Below are positions 40,391-50,474 of a stretch of 64,000 nt of DNA, piece after piece; the first letter of the stretch is position 1; each line of letters starts with the position of its first letter. The notes under the pieces were generated by a model. It did not search any database. It had not been told where the DNA came from and worked only from the letters and a program-made list of their open reading frames with translations. The position numbers and the translations under genes are program-made. Source of the stretch: Candidatus Omnitrophota bacterium (GTDB lineage Bacteria > Omnitrophota > Gorgyraeia > B26-G9); contig JBDRJV010000037.1 in NCBI GenBank assembly GCA_043814605.1, forward strand, positions 99,902-163,901, read 5' to 3'.

Positions 40391-40422
40391 ATTAATAACC
40401 CAGAAACAAAAAAAGGTAAAAT

Positions 40423-41095
40423 ATGGAACAAATAGTTACCGTAAATCATATGAAAAAAATAGATCTGATTGCGCAAAGCAAATATTTGATCCCGGGAATA
40501 ATATTAATGGAAAATGCCGGATTGAGAGCTGCGGATATTATTCTGGATTTACTAAAACTAAAAAAAAATAAGAAAAAAACAGTGTCTATATTTTGCGGCC
40601 CGGGTAATAATGGCGGTGATGGTTTTGTTCTCGCCCGGCATTTATTGAATAATAATACAAAAGTAAAAATTTATATTTTAACCTCAATAAATAAAATTTG
40701 TGCCGATGCATTAATCAATTTTAAAATATTAAAAAAAAATGCAAGCGGATATTCGGGTGATTGCAAAGGCATCAGATTTGAAAAAAATTAAAACAAAAAT
40801 AAAAAATAGCATATTAATTGTTGATGCAATTTTCGGGATCGGTTTAAATAAAAAAATTAGCGGTATTTATAAAGAGACAATTAATTTAATTAATGATTCT
40901 AAAGTGCCGGTAGTATCTTTAGATATTCCTTCCGGGTTATCGGCAGACAGCGGAGATGTTTTCAGAGTTTGTGTCCGGGCTTTTCAAACAATTACTTTTG
41001 GGTTTAGAAAAAAGGGATTTACTAAACAAGAAAGTGCAAAATTAACTGGAAAGATAACGGTTGTGGATATCAGCTTGCCCCAATTATTAAAATAA
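40423..41095 (+). pseudogene. NAD(P)H-hydrate epimerase (YjeF N-terminal domain) split by a frameshift at an A9 homopolymer
   Basis: Two overlapping ORFs (40423-40791, 40739-41095) both match YjeF_N (GPGNNGGDG; IVDAIFGIG...DIPSGL). They are shifted at the poly-A run near 40732-40740. Confidence 0.6.
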
Positions 41096-41272
41096 GGTAT
41101 AAATAAACGGTACCGCAGCCGGGGTATTAGCGGTAAAAATTATTAATATGCCGATTAATAATAAAACCATAATTATGGGCATCATCCACCACATTTTATA
41201 TTCCCACATAAATTCTAGTAATTCTTTTACAGTTTTTAGTCGGTTATTAATAAAATTAAATATTCTTTTCAT
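41087..41272 (-). CDS. small membrane protein (61 aa) co-located with carbamoyltransferase
   Basis: Single TM helix (MWWMMPIIMVLLLIGILIIF). Overlaps the upstream gene. Confidence 0.4.
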   Translation of the reverse strand: MKRIFNFINNRLKTVKELLEFMWEYKMWWMMPIIMVLLLIGILIIFTANTPAAVPFIYTLF

Positions 41273-41275
41273 TTT

Positions 41276-43072
41276 TTAATCACTTTTTTTGTTTAAATCT
41301 GCTTTTCTAATCATATAATTGCCTAAGACTAAAATATCCAATCCGCTGTTTATAAAAGTATTATACGCATTTTGCGGGGAATTGACAATAGGTTCGTTTT
41401 TTAAATTAAAAGAAGTATTAAGTAAAATTGGGATGTTGGTTTTTCTTTTAAATTCGGCAATTAAATCGTAGTAAAGCGGATTCCATTCACGGCGTATTGT
41501 CTGCACGCGGCCTGTGCCTTGATGATTGACAGCCGGGATAAGGGCATTTTTATCCGGTTTAATATTTAGCACCATAAGCATAAAACGCAGCGGATATTCT
41601 TGGGGATTTTTTATTTGGAAATAATTTTCCAGTTCTTCTTCTAAGATTACAGGAGCAAAAGGGCGGAAAGGTTCTCTAAATTTTATCTTTAAATTAACGA
41701 TATCTTTCATTTTTTTATTACGGGGATCAGCTAATATCGAACGGTTACCTAATGCACGCGGTCCCCATTCAAAACGCCCCTGAAACCAGCCAATAACTTT
41801 GCCGTTTATAATTTCAGCACAGGTGTTTTGAATCAATTCTAATTTATTTTCGAAAGAGGAAAAAGGTATTTTATTTGATTTTAAGAAAGTATAAATTTCA
41901 TCAGAGGAATATTCCTTGCCCCAAAAAGCGTGTTCCAGGATAAAATTGCGTTTATTTTTCAAAATGCTGTGATATACATAAAAAGCAGCTCCCATTGCGG
42001 CGCCGGAATCACCAGATGCCGGGGGGATAAATATTTTATCAAAGGGGCCTTCTTGCCAAAGCCGGGCATTAACCACGGAATTTAACCCTACGCCGCCGGC
42101 AAGACATAATTGCTTTAAGCCGGTCAATTCATATAAACTGTTTGCTTGCTTTAAGATGATTTTTTCAGTTACTTTTTGGATACTTGCTGCAATATCTGCA
42201 TAATATTGGTTTTGCTGAGCGAGCTGGGCATAATTATCCGGTTTTTTGCCAAAATGACTGGGGTATTCGAACTTGTCTGTAAAAAAATTCTCATCCCGCT
42301 GGCGCGGAGTGCCGAATAATTTTTCAAATTTTTTATTATAACTTTTTTTTGTAGAGTAATGATAAGAAAAATAATCTAAATTAAGCAGGAAAGACCCGTC
42401 ACTTTTTAATTGTACAAGATTATTAAAAATTTTATCAGCATAAATAGGCCTGCCGTAAGCTGCCATTCCCATGACTTTGTATTCGCCTTCGTTGATTTTA
42501 AATCCCAGGTACGCGGTAAAAACACTGTAGAGCAGGCCTAAAGAGTGCGGGAAGGGGATATATTTTAAAATTTGAATATCATTGTCTTTGCCGATGCCTT
42601 GGGTATTTGTGGCCCATTCGCCGACACCGTCAATAGTTAAAATTGCCGCTTCCTTAAAAGGGCAAAGCAAAAAGGCGCTAGCCGCATGCGCGAGGTGATG
42701 ATTGGTAAAAAGAATTTTATCATAACTAATATTAAAATATTCTCTAATAATACTTTTGATCCAAAGTTTTTCCGATAGCCAGTTTTGCATGGCTTGATTA
42801 AATACACTGCATGATTTTGGATAAGTATTGATTACAGTTTTTAAAATTCTTTCAAATTTGCGAAAAGGTTTTTCATGAAAAACTATAAAAGATAACTCTG
42901 AGGCCTTAATATTTGCAAATTCAAGGCAGGAATCTATAGCTTGTTTAGGAAAACCAAAATCGTGTTTTATGCGGCTTAAGCGTTCCTCTTCAATCGCACA
43001 AATTAACTTTCCATCCTTAATCAGCACAACTGCGGCATCATGATAAAAACAGGAAATTCCCATAATATACAT
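41276..43072 (-). CDS. carbamoyltransferase (NodU/CmcH family)
   Basis: N-terminal GISCFYHDAAVVL...EEERLSRIKHD and the C-terminal carbamoyltransferase domain. 598 aa. Confidence 0.85.
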   Translation of the reverse strand: MYIMGISCFYHDAAVVLIKDGKLICAIEEERLSRIKHDFGFPKQAIDSCLEFANIKASELSFIVFHEKPFRKFERILKTVINTYPKSCSVFNQAMQNWLSEKLWIKSIIREYFNISYDKILFTNHHLAHAASAFLLCPFKEAAILTIDGVGEWATNTQGIGKDNDIQILKYIPFPHSLGLLYSVFTAYLGFKINEGEYKVMGMAAYGRPIYADKIFNNLVQLKSDGSFLLNLDYFSYHYSTKKSYNKKFEKLFGTPRQRDENFFTDKFEYPSHFGKKPDNYAQLAQQNQYYADIAASIQKVTEKIILKQANSLYELTGLKQLCLAGGVGLNSVVNARLWQEGPFDKIFIPPASGDSGAAMGAAFYVYHSILKNKRNFILEHAFWGKEYSSDEIYTFLKSNKIPFSSFENKLELIQNTCAEIINGKVIGWFQGRFEWGPRALGNRSILADPRNKKMKDIVNLKIKFREPFRPFAPVILEEELENYFQIKNPQEYPLRFMLMVLNIKPDKNALIPAVNHQGTGRVQTIRREWNPLYYDLIAEFKRKTNIPILLNTSFNLKNEPIVNSPQNAYNTFINSGLDILVLGNYMIRKADLNKKSD

Positions 43073-43290
43073 TAAAATTGTCTCCGTAATGTATTTATTG
43101 TTTCATTTTGTTTTGGCAAGGAAATCCAAGCAGAGTACAGAGAGGGATTACTTTTTTTAATGCTGAAAATTAAAAAAATGACTTTATAAGGCAGAATAAC
43201 AATAAAATAAATAATGCTGAGTATTAATTTTATTTGGAAATCAGCTAATTTTCTCCCGAATTTTTTCCACTTTTCAAAGATAATTTTCAT
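43072..43290 (-). CDS. small membrane protein (72 aa) upstream of carbamoyltransferase
   Basis: One TM helix (ILSIIYFIVILPYKVIFLIF). Start/stop overlap with the next gene. Confidence 0.35.
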   Translation of the reverse strand: MKIIFEKWKKFGRKLADFQIKLILSIIYFIVILPYKVIFLIFSIKKSNPSLYSAWISLPKQNETINTLRRQF

Positions 43291-43555
43291 AATTTTAGTA
43301 CATTATTTTTTTATCCCAGACCTAAATAAAACAGAAACTACAACTATTATTAAAAAATTAGCAGCGGAAAAGATTTTTCTTTACCGGGCGCACCGATATG
43401 AAATCTTCCAAAGCCGAGCTAACGCCGACATTTCCGCTGCTTGATTATATGATAACATAATTAATAATTTTTGCAACTATTTACTTAACTTTACTAATTA
43501 TTATGGCTTTTGGCCGGAGATTGACAATATAATTATTATGTGATAATTTGAAAAT

Positions 43556-43891
43556 ATGAAGTTTTTTCCCCTGATCCTGATGTTTTTTTTAATATCGAGT
43601 ATTCTTTCTGGATGTGTATCTAAATTTACCAGCCGCTATGATTCCATAACAAAACAGAACGAATATGTGAGTATGAAATTTAATATGAGCGAACAAAAGT
43701 TTATTGATAAAAATAAGCACGAAATTATAGAAATATTGGGAAATCCCGAGCGTAAAGTTCAAAAAGAAGAAAACGGAACATTAAAAGAAACTTGGGTTTA
43801 TTATCCAAAAGAGACAAATAATTTTATTGCGATGTTTATTATGTTTGAAAAAGAAAAAGTAGTGAGTGCTACCTATGAATCAGTAATGTAA
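43556..43891 (+). CDS. hypothetical lipoprotein (LSGC lipobox)
   Basis: Signal peptide plus cysteine lipobox ILSGC. Confidence 0.45.
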   Translation: MKFFPLILMFFLISSILSGCVSKFTSRYDSITKQNEYVSMKFNMSEQKFIDKNKHEIIEILGNPERKVQKEENGTLKETWVYYPKETNNFIAMFIMFEKEKVVSATYESVM

Positions 43892-46800
43892 TTATTTAAA
43901 TAGCTTTTCTAGTAATTCTTGACTTTTTTCTTTGATTAATTCATTAGCCTTACTTTTGGCTTTGTCTTTTAAAAAATCATCTAAATTAGCTTGGGGTGAT
44001 GTTAATGTGCCCTTTAAATTTATTTTGGTATAATATTGGTCATCTTTTAATATAAAAAATTTATCCAGAATTCCTCCATAAGTTTGATTTGCCGCAGATT
44101 CACTCAGAGTTAATGTTGTAACGAGCTTGATATTTTGGTCAAAGCCTATTTGTCCAGCGATGAATAAATTTGCGTCTGGTCCATTGCAAACCAAATCCTC
44201 TGTAAAAACAGTAGCGTTATTAATTTTTAAAGTTCCGGTAGATTGATTAACCTCAAAGTTCTTTAAAAAATCTACTCCCAGTAAATTTCCTATAGAATGA
44301 AGTATTTCTAAGCCGGATAATTGAGCTTGGGTTAGTTCGATTTTTGCTTGTCCGTTTAAGGTATTAATATCTTGTCCTTGGCCTTTTATTTGAGAATTAA
44401 TAAATAAAATCCCTTTATGCGGTTGAGGGATAATTTTTGATTCTTTAATTAAATTCCCGATATTAATTTCACGGATTTCTGTATCTGCGCGGTAATTAAA
44501 ACTTTCAGCTGTAAAATCAGCTTTAATATCTGAGGAGATACTGCCTCCATAAGCTGCGGCTTTTAAAGTAGAGCTGAGTACTTGTTCGCTTAAATTTGTG
44601 TTAATATTTAAATTTTCAATAATAACCCCATTTATCCTGAGTTTTTCAGATGAAAAGATGTGCTCAGTTTTTAGTTGAGTCCAATCAAAAGTGTTTGGTG
44701 AATCAGCTGATCTTGTAAGAGAGGGGATCGGTCCATTAATTTTTGCATTTAAATTAACTTTTCCGGATAAATCTAAATTTTTTAACTTATTCATTCCGGG
44801 AAGTGATAACCGGTTTAAATCAGCGAGTTCAAGATATGCAGTTGTATCTAATTCTACAGCTGTATTTTTAAATAAAGAATTTAGTGCACCTTGAGCGGAT
44901 AATTTAAAATCATTATAGGCAAGAAGAATATTTTTGATAAGTAGGGTTTCATTAGTATAAGCAGCAGCAATATTTAAAAAAACATTATTTAATTCTAATT
45001 CATTAATTTTTGCATTTTCAATATTTGTTTTTATGTTTAATTCCGCTTGAATGTTTTTCTGATTTAACCCCTTGCCTTTAAGAGATATTTCAGAGATGAG
45101 AGTGCCTTGAACCGGAACGGAAGGAAGAAAATTTATTTGCTTCTTGAATGTAGCTAAATTTAAATCACTTAAATGACTGCTTAATTCAAAAGTCGGCATT
45201 TTAGGATCAATTAAATCTAAAGAAGCATTTGCTGTAATTTCTCCATCAAGTGTTTTTAGCACAAATGTAGATATTTTAAAACCCGTATCCTGGAATTGGC
45301 CTTTTAATTCAATATTATCAAAATTTAATTGATTCACCCTAAGTTTAGGGGCACTTAGTTGAAAAGGGATATTAAGCTGTTTTAGATTATTTAATGGCCC
45401 ATTAATAGTCAGATTTAAAATCGGCTCGCCGCTTAAAGTTAAGTTTTCCGGAATAGATAACGCCGGGTATTGGGTTAGTTTCTCTAATGGACACATCAGA
45501 GTGAATTCTAATTGAGCCTGGGGATCAAGGACATTTGATATTTTCCCTGTAATCTTTGCTTTGCTGATAGCATCATTAACAATTAATTCACGAATTAAAA
45601 TATTTTTAAAATTTTTTAGATTTCCTTGCAAGTTTAAATCAATTCTCGGTGGCAAAGGGAATTTATCATAAACAGCCATTTCCACACTGCTTTTTCCTGC
45701 AATGCTGACATCGCTTAGATCTTGGGCATTGCCGCTAACGGATATTTGCGTATTTAACACACCGGATATTGTAGGAGTATTCTTGATAAAGTCTTTAATG
45801 CTTTCTAAGTTAAAATCATTTGAATAAATTTGAGCAGAATAAGGTAGATTTTTATCAAGTAAGTTAATGTTGACTTTTGCTTTGATGATATTTTGCATTA
45901 ATTCAATTGAAAAATCATTTACATCTAAAACGCTGTCTTTTAAATTTAAATTTAAGGCAATATTTTCTAAAGTATATTCGGAGATAGTAATTTTCTCGGA
46001 ATGAAGATCTAATTGTGCCTCTAGAGTTTGAGGATTATTCAGGAGGCCTTGTATATTTAGATTTGTTTGCACATACCCAGTAGGTTTAATGTCAGAAAAC
46101 AGCTGCTGTGTTTCCAGGGGCAGCTGGGCTAAGTCTTCAAGGTTAATTTCTAAATTTGCTGTAGCTTGAATATGCGGATTTTTCTGAAAGTCTGTAATTG
46201 CGCCTGCTAAGCTTGCTTTGATCTGATTGTAGGAAGCGAGCAATTGATTAATTTGCAGGCAATCATCTTTTAATGCACATTCAATATTAAACGTTAAAGG
46301 GGATAATTCTCCTGAGAGATTAATCTCCGGATTTTTAAAATTTTCGAGTTTAAAATTTAGATTTGCTTTTGCATTATTAATATCCCCGGAAATATCAGAA
46401 CTGGTGATTAAATCATTCTTAATATTAATTATGCCGTTTAAATTTTTAATCACTCCTAAAACAGGAATATTTTCCGCCTTAAATTGAGATAACTGGAGAT
46501 TACCTTGATAAATTAACTTTTCCGGTGATTTTAAATCAATATTTAGTATGAATTCTGATTCTATTTGCCCGCTGATTTTTATCGGAGGAATTTCAAAAAC
46601 AATATCTTTGAGGATAATTTTTAGAGGAATTTCTAGATGCTGATTGTTCTTTTGCCAGGATTTGAGTATAATTTCGTAGGATGGGCTAAGAATACAGGAA
46701 TTAACTTTAGCTAAAACAGATATGTTATCTTTAGCAAAAAATTTTACGTTACCAATTATAATATTACCTCTAGGGCTCAGATGAATACGTTCAATAAAAA

Positions 46801-47053
46801 ATTTTTGTCCGCTTTGATTAAGGATTTGGTTCTCTATTTGCGGGATTAGTTTTTTGGGGAAAAAGAATTGATTGCACCAGAAATAACCTCCGATTACAAC
46901 TAAAAGCAAAGAGAAGATAAAGCCGGCTGAAAATAATAATATTTTTTTCATAATTATGTATATTATATAAATCTTAAAATTATTGCAAGTACATATTTTT
47001 AAAAGTATTAGATAATTATAACAAAGCAGAAAAGAAAATTTTTGATAAAGCAA
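43892..47053 (-). CDS. AsmA/TamB-like large envelope protein (N-terminal TM, 1053 aa)
   Basis: N-terminal anchor, then a long repetitive low-complexity beta-rich sequence typical of the AsmA-like family. Confidence 0.55.
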   Translation of the reverse strand: MLYQKFSFLLCYNYLILLKICTCNNFKIYIIYIIMKKILLFSAGFIFSLLLVVIGGYFWCNQFFFPKKLIPQIENQILNQSGQKFFIERIHLSPRGNIIIGNVKFFAKDNISVLAKVNSCILSPSYEIILKSWQKNNQHLEIPLKIILKDIVFEIPPIKISGQIESEFILNIDLKSPEKLIYQGNLQLSQFKAENIPVLGVIKNLNGIINIKNDLITSSDISGDINNAKANLNFKLENFKNPEINLSGELSPLTFNIECALKDDCLQINQLLASYNQIKASLAGAITDFQKNPHIQATANLEINLEDLAQLPLETQQLFSDIKPTGYVQTNLNIQGLLNNPQTLEAQLDLHSEKITISEYTLENIALNLNLKDSVLDVNDFSIELMQNIIKAKVNINLLDKNLPYSAQIYSNDFNLESIKDFIKNTPTISGVLNTQISVSGNAQDLSDVSIAGKSSVEMAVYDKFPLPPRIDLNLQGNLKNFKNILIRELIVNDAISKAKITGKISNVLDPQAQLEFTLMCPLEKLTQYPALSIPENLTLSGEPILNLTINGPLNNLKQLNIPFQLSAPKLRVNQLNFDNIELKGQFQDTGFKISTFVLKTLDGEITANASLDLIDPKMPTFELSSHLSDLNLATFKKQINFLPSVPVQGTLISEISLKGKGLNQKNIQAELNIKTNIENAKINELELNNVFLNIAAAYTNETLLIKNILLAYNDFKLSAQGALNSLFKNTAVELDTTAYLELADLNRLSLPGMNKLKNLDLSGKVNLNAKINGPIPSLTRSADSPNTFDWTQLKTEHIFSSEKLRINGVIIENLNINTNLSEQVLSSTLKAAAYGGSISSDIKADFTAESFNYRADTEIREINIGNLIKESKIIPQPHKGILFINSQIKGQGQDINTLNGQAKIELTQAQLSGLEILHSIGNLLGVDFLKNFEVNQSTGTLKINNATVFTEDLVCNGPDANLFIAGQIGFDQNIKLVTTLTLSESAANQTYGGILDKFFILKDDQYYTKINLKGTLTSPQANLDDFLKDKAKSKANELIKEKSQELLEKLFK

Positions 47054-47154
47054 ATATTAGTATGGAATTATTATGCTTGACAGAAAATTTTATCAAGCAT
47101 AAAATAATATTCAAAGCTGAATGAAATTGTGTGTTGGTAAAAGGAGATTGCGGC

Positions 47155-47517
47155 ATGTTTGCAGGTGAAAGTACCTGGGATCGTCGTCAATACGTACGTG
47201 TTAATTCTGATTTTCCCGTGCAGATTAATCAAATACCGCGTAATAACCCTGTTCAATTGCAAAATTCTATTTCTATCGATATGAGTGAAGGCGGATTACA
47301 ACTTTCCTCTTTTTATTTTTATCCTGTAAATAGCCGTATTATGGTAGAAATTTTTCATTCTCAAAATAAAGAGCCAATGAAAAGTATGGCGCGAATTGTC
47401 TGGATGCGTCAACTCCCCTATCAGGACAGGTATAAAGTTGGGATTGAATTTACGGATCTTAGTCAAGATAACCGCTATAGAATCAAAGAGCTTATCCAGA
47501 ACAGTTTAAATGCTTAA
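47155..47517 (+). CDS. single-domain PilZ c-di-GMP receptor
   Basis: RRQYVRV (RxxxR) and DMSEGGLQL (DxSxxG) motifs. AAGGAG RBS 7 nt upstream of this internal ATG. Confidence 0.7.
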   Translation: MFAGESTWDRRQYVRVNSDFPVQINQIPRNNPVQLQNSISIDMSEGGLQLSSFYFYPVNSRIMVEIFHSQNKEPMKSMARIVWMRQLPYQDRYKVGIEFTDLSQDNRYRIKELIQNSLNA

Positions 47518-47609
47518 GGCTTTCCGCATAGTTTTCCTATCTTCAATATTAACTTAAAGTTAACGCTTTTTTATGTGTTTAAAGTTATTTTACGTGTAAT
47601 TGACATTAC

Positions 47610-47644
47610 TCCTGGCTTATGATATAGTTATACGCACAAAAGAA
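47610..47644 (+). promoter_or_regulatory. sigma70-like promoter TTGACA-17-TATAGT upstream of bamD
   Basis: Consensus -35, 17-nt spacer and a near-consensus -10, ~20 nt before the AGGAG RBS. Confidence 0.45.
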
Positions 47645-47660
47645 GGAGAAACTTAAAATT

Positions 47661-48572
47661 ATGAAAAAAATTATTTTTATTTTAGCTTTTTTGCTTTTAA
47701 CTACAACTGTAGATTGCTATGGATTTTGGGTTTGGTCTGCGAAAACAGGTAACTGGGTAAATCCAGTCTATAGAATATTTGATACTGCTCAGGAGCAATT
47801 TGATTGGGCCAAACAGTATTTTGACGATGCGGATTATCGTAAAGCAATTTTTGAATTCAAAAAAGTTATAAAAAAATTTCGTAAATCAAAACATGCTGCG
47901 GAAGCAAAATTTTATATCGCACTTAGTTACGAAAAACTAGGTAAGTTCCAGCGGGCGTTTAAGGGATATGAAGAAGTGATTAAACTCTATCCATTAAATG
48001 AACGTTTGGAGGAGATTGCGGAGAGAGAATACATGATTGGGGAAAAGTTCTTTGAACAAAGAAAATATGATTTATCGATGAAGATTTTTAAGCAGTCCTT
48101 AACTAATGTCCCTTACGGAAAGGTCTCTGACGTTGTCCAATATAAAATTGGATTATGTCTTTTAAAGTTAGGCGATTATGATGAAGCTTATGATGAATTT
48201 AAAAAAATGGCTGAAAATTATGGGTTTAGTACTTATGTTGATGATGCTTTTTATTCCCTGGGGTTATGTTCATTTAAAATATCGCTGAGGGTCAAGGATT
48301 ATGATCAGGGGCTTGTGGATCGTGCAGTGGAAGATTTAGAGTTTTTTTTAAGGAGATATCAAACTAGTGATTATGTGCCGGAAGCCCAAAGTTTACTCGA
48401 TAAGCTAATCCATAAGAAAGCGAAGAGGTTATATATTGTGGCTCAGTTTTATGAGAAACAAAAAAAACAGTATGCAGCGATAAAATATTATGAAGAATTA
48501 ATTTATTCCTATGCAAAAACCAGTTGGGCTAAAAAAGCCAGGCCTAAGTTAGAAAGGTTAAGAAAGAATTAA
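47661..48572 (+). CDS. bamD: outer-membrane assembly lipoprotein BamD (TPR)
   Basis: Signal peptide with lipobox (TVDC) and TPR-like repeats. ~300 aa. Confidence 0.65.
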   Translation: MKKIIFILAFLLLTTTVDCYGFWVWSAKTGNWVNPVYRIFDTAQEQFDWAKQYFDDADYRKAIFEFKKVIKKFRKSKHAAEAKFYIALSYEKLGKFQRAFKGYEEVIKLYPLNERLEEIAEREYMIGEKFFEQRKYDLSMKIFKQSLTNVPYGKVSDVVQYKIGLCLLKLGDYDEAYDEFKKMAENYGFSTYVDDAFYSLGLCSFKISLRVKDYDQGLVDRAVEDLEFFLRRYQTSDYVPEAQSLLDKLIHKKAKRLYIVAQFYEKQKKQYAAIKYYEELIYSYAKTSWAKKARPKLERLRKN

Positions 48573-48583
48573 GGAAATCAAAA

Positions 48584-49081
48584 ATGAAAATAAAAATGAT
48601 AATTCTGTTATTATTGATGTTTATTCTTTGCGGCTGTGGTTATACAACGCGGGTATATAATCTGCCGGGTCATTTAAAAAGTGTTTACATTGAGACATTC
48701 AAGAATTATACAGATGAGCCTAATATTGAAAATGATCTGAGAACAAAGATTATCGCGGCTTTTCAAAATGACGGAAATTTAAATATTGCTACAAATGAGG
48801 AAGCGGATGCAGTTTTAAAGGGGAGTTTAGTTGGTTATTCCCGGCATGGTTTGCGCTATGATAGTAATCAGGGAGTCCAGGAATATCGATTAGTAATCTC
48901 CGTAAATTTTGAATTTATTGATAAAAGTACAAATACCGTAATTATAGATGCGGTTAATTTCTCAGGGGATACCTCTTTTTATTTGACCGGCTCTCAGGCT
49001 CTTTCTGAAAAAACAGCCCGGAGCCAGGCCCTGGATGATTTATCGCATCGGATTCTAAATAAAATCATCACATTATGGTAA
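48584..49081 (+). CDS. LptE-like LPS-assembly lipoprotein
   Basis: Lipobox LCGCGY. Size and position between bamD and holA resemble the lptE-holA arrangement. Confidence 0.45.
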   Translation: MKIKMIILLLLMFILCGCGYTTRVYNLPGHLKSVYIETFKNYTDEPNIENDLRTKIIAAFQNDGNLNIATNEEADAVLKGSLVGYSRHGLRYDSNQGVQEYRLVISVNFEFIDKSTNTVIIDAVNFSGDTSFYLTGSQALSEKTARSQALDDLSHRILNKIITLW

Positions 49082-50079
49082 AAGCCTTAACTTATTGGGA
49101 TCTCGAATCTCAAATAAAAAATTCAAATATAAGTCCGGTATATTTATTTGCTGGAGAGGAAATTTTTTTAAAACGCTTGAGTATTGAAAAAATAAAAGAT
49201 TATCTGTTTGGCAAATCTCAAACTGCTTTAAATTGCGATATTTTTTATGCAGAAGAATCTAACTTCGACACGGTGTTAGAGACACTTTGCACCCTCCCTT
49301 TTCTGGGAACTTACCGATTAGTTATTTTAAAGAATGTAGAAAAATTTTCCGGCTGTGAAAAGAGTTTTATTTCTTATTTAAAAAAACATTCAAATAAAAC
49401 TATTTTGATCATGGAAACCCAAAAAAAAATCACGGATAAGTTTATCAAAAAAATTATTACAATTTCACATACAGTAATATTTGATCCGTTAAAAGGAGAT
49501 GAGTTAAATAAATGGGTGATAGATTTTTTAAAAAATAAACACAAAAAAATCAGCCGGAATGCGATTGACGTATTAACGGAAAAGATAGGCAATGAATTAG
49601 AGGCATTAATAAATGCTTTAAATAAATTATGTTTATATACAGGTGATTCTGAAATGATTAAAGAAACGGATATCGAAAAGCTGATTAAGAAAACACGTCA
49701 AGATACACGTTTTATGTTTCTTAATGCTTTGATGAATAAAAAAACCTCCCAGGCTTTATTGATGGCTAATGAATTATCCCGCGATGGGAAAGATGCAACA
49801 GATATTATCGGGTTAATAAACTGGCAGTTTAAACGCCTGGAAAATTTTAAGGCCTTATTGCAAAAAGGTAATTCGCAACATCAGATTAAAGAAGAACTTA
49901 AACTAACGCCTTTTGTGTTTAACATCCTGAGTAAACAAGCAGCGAATTTTAGCAGCCAAGAGTTAAGCGCGGGGTTTGAATTACTGCTGGATTCTGATGT
50001 GGCCATTAAACAGGGGCTGAGCAGCCCCGGATTAGCTTTAGAAACGCTGATTGTGCGTTTATGTTTAGCAGGGTCTTAA
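49075..50079 (+). CDS. holA: DNA polymerase III delta subunit
   Basis: N-terminal VYLFAGEE motif. 334 aa. Confidence 0.7.
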   Translation: MVKALTYWDLESQIKNSNISPVYLFAGEEIFLKRLSIEKIKDYLFGKSQTALNCDIFYAEESNFDTVLETLCTLPFLGTYRLVILKNVEKFSGCEKSFISYLKKHSNKTILIMETQKKITDKFIKKIITISHTVIFDPLKGDELNKWVIDFLKNKHKKISRNAIDVLTEKIGNELEALINALNKLCLYTGDSEMIKETDIEKLIKKTRQDTRFMFLNALMNKKTSQALLMANELSRDGKDATDIIGLINWQFKRLENFKALLQKGNSQHQIKEELKLTPFVFNILSKQAANFSSQELSAGFELLLDSDVAIKQGLSSPGLALETLIVRLCLAGS

Positions 50080-50082
50080 GGA

Positions 50083-50355
50083 TTATTTAGATTTAATGAG
50101 TTTATGGACCTTTTTTAGAACTTGTGATTTTTTTCGGGATGCTTTATTTTTATGAATTAATTTTTGGATGACTGCACGGTCAATCTTAGAGACATAATCT
50201 TTTAGATTAGTTTTTAATTTTTCAATTTCATTATTTGTGATTAGGGAAGCAATTTTCTTCTCTTCCTTTTTTAACATTTTTTTTAAATTTAAATTGTGTT
50301 CTTGTCTTTTTTTAGATTTTTTAAGTTCTTTAATCGCCGATTTCTTTGAAGGCAT
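50083..50355 (-). CDS. rpsT: 30S ribosomal protein S20
   Basis: MPSKKSAIKELKKSKKR, a basic S20 N-terminus. 90 aa. Confidence 0.9.
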   Translation of the reverse strand: MPSKKSAIKELKKSKKRQEHNLNLKKMLKKEEKKIASLITNNEIEKLKTNLKDYVSKIDRAVIQKLIHKNKASRKKSQVLKKVHKLIKSK

Positions 50356-50474
50356 AAAATTTCTCCTTTCTTAAAATTTGTAAAAATATACCATACTGAG
50401 ATTTATATGTCAAGATTTTTTAAAAGATATCGATGAACGGTATTTGTTACTATGAATAGTTATCATTTTAAAAA

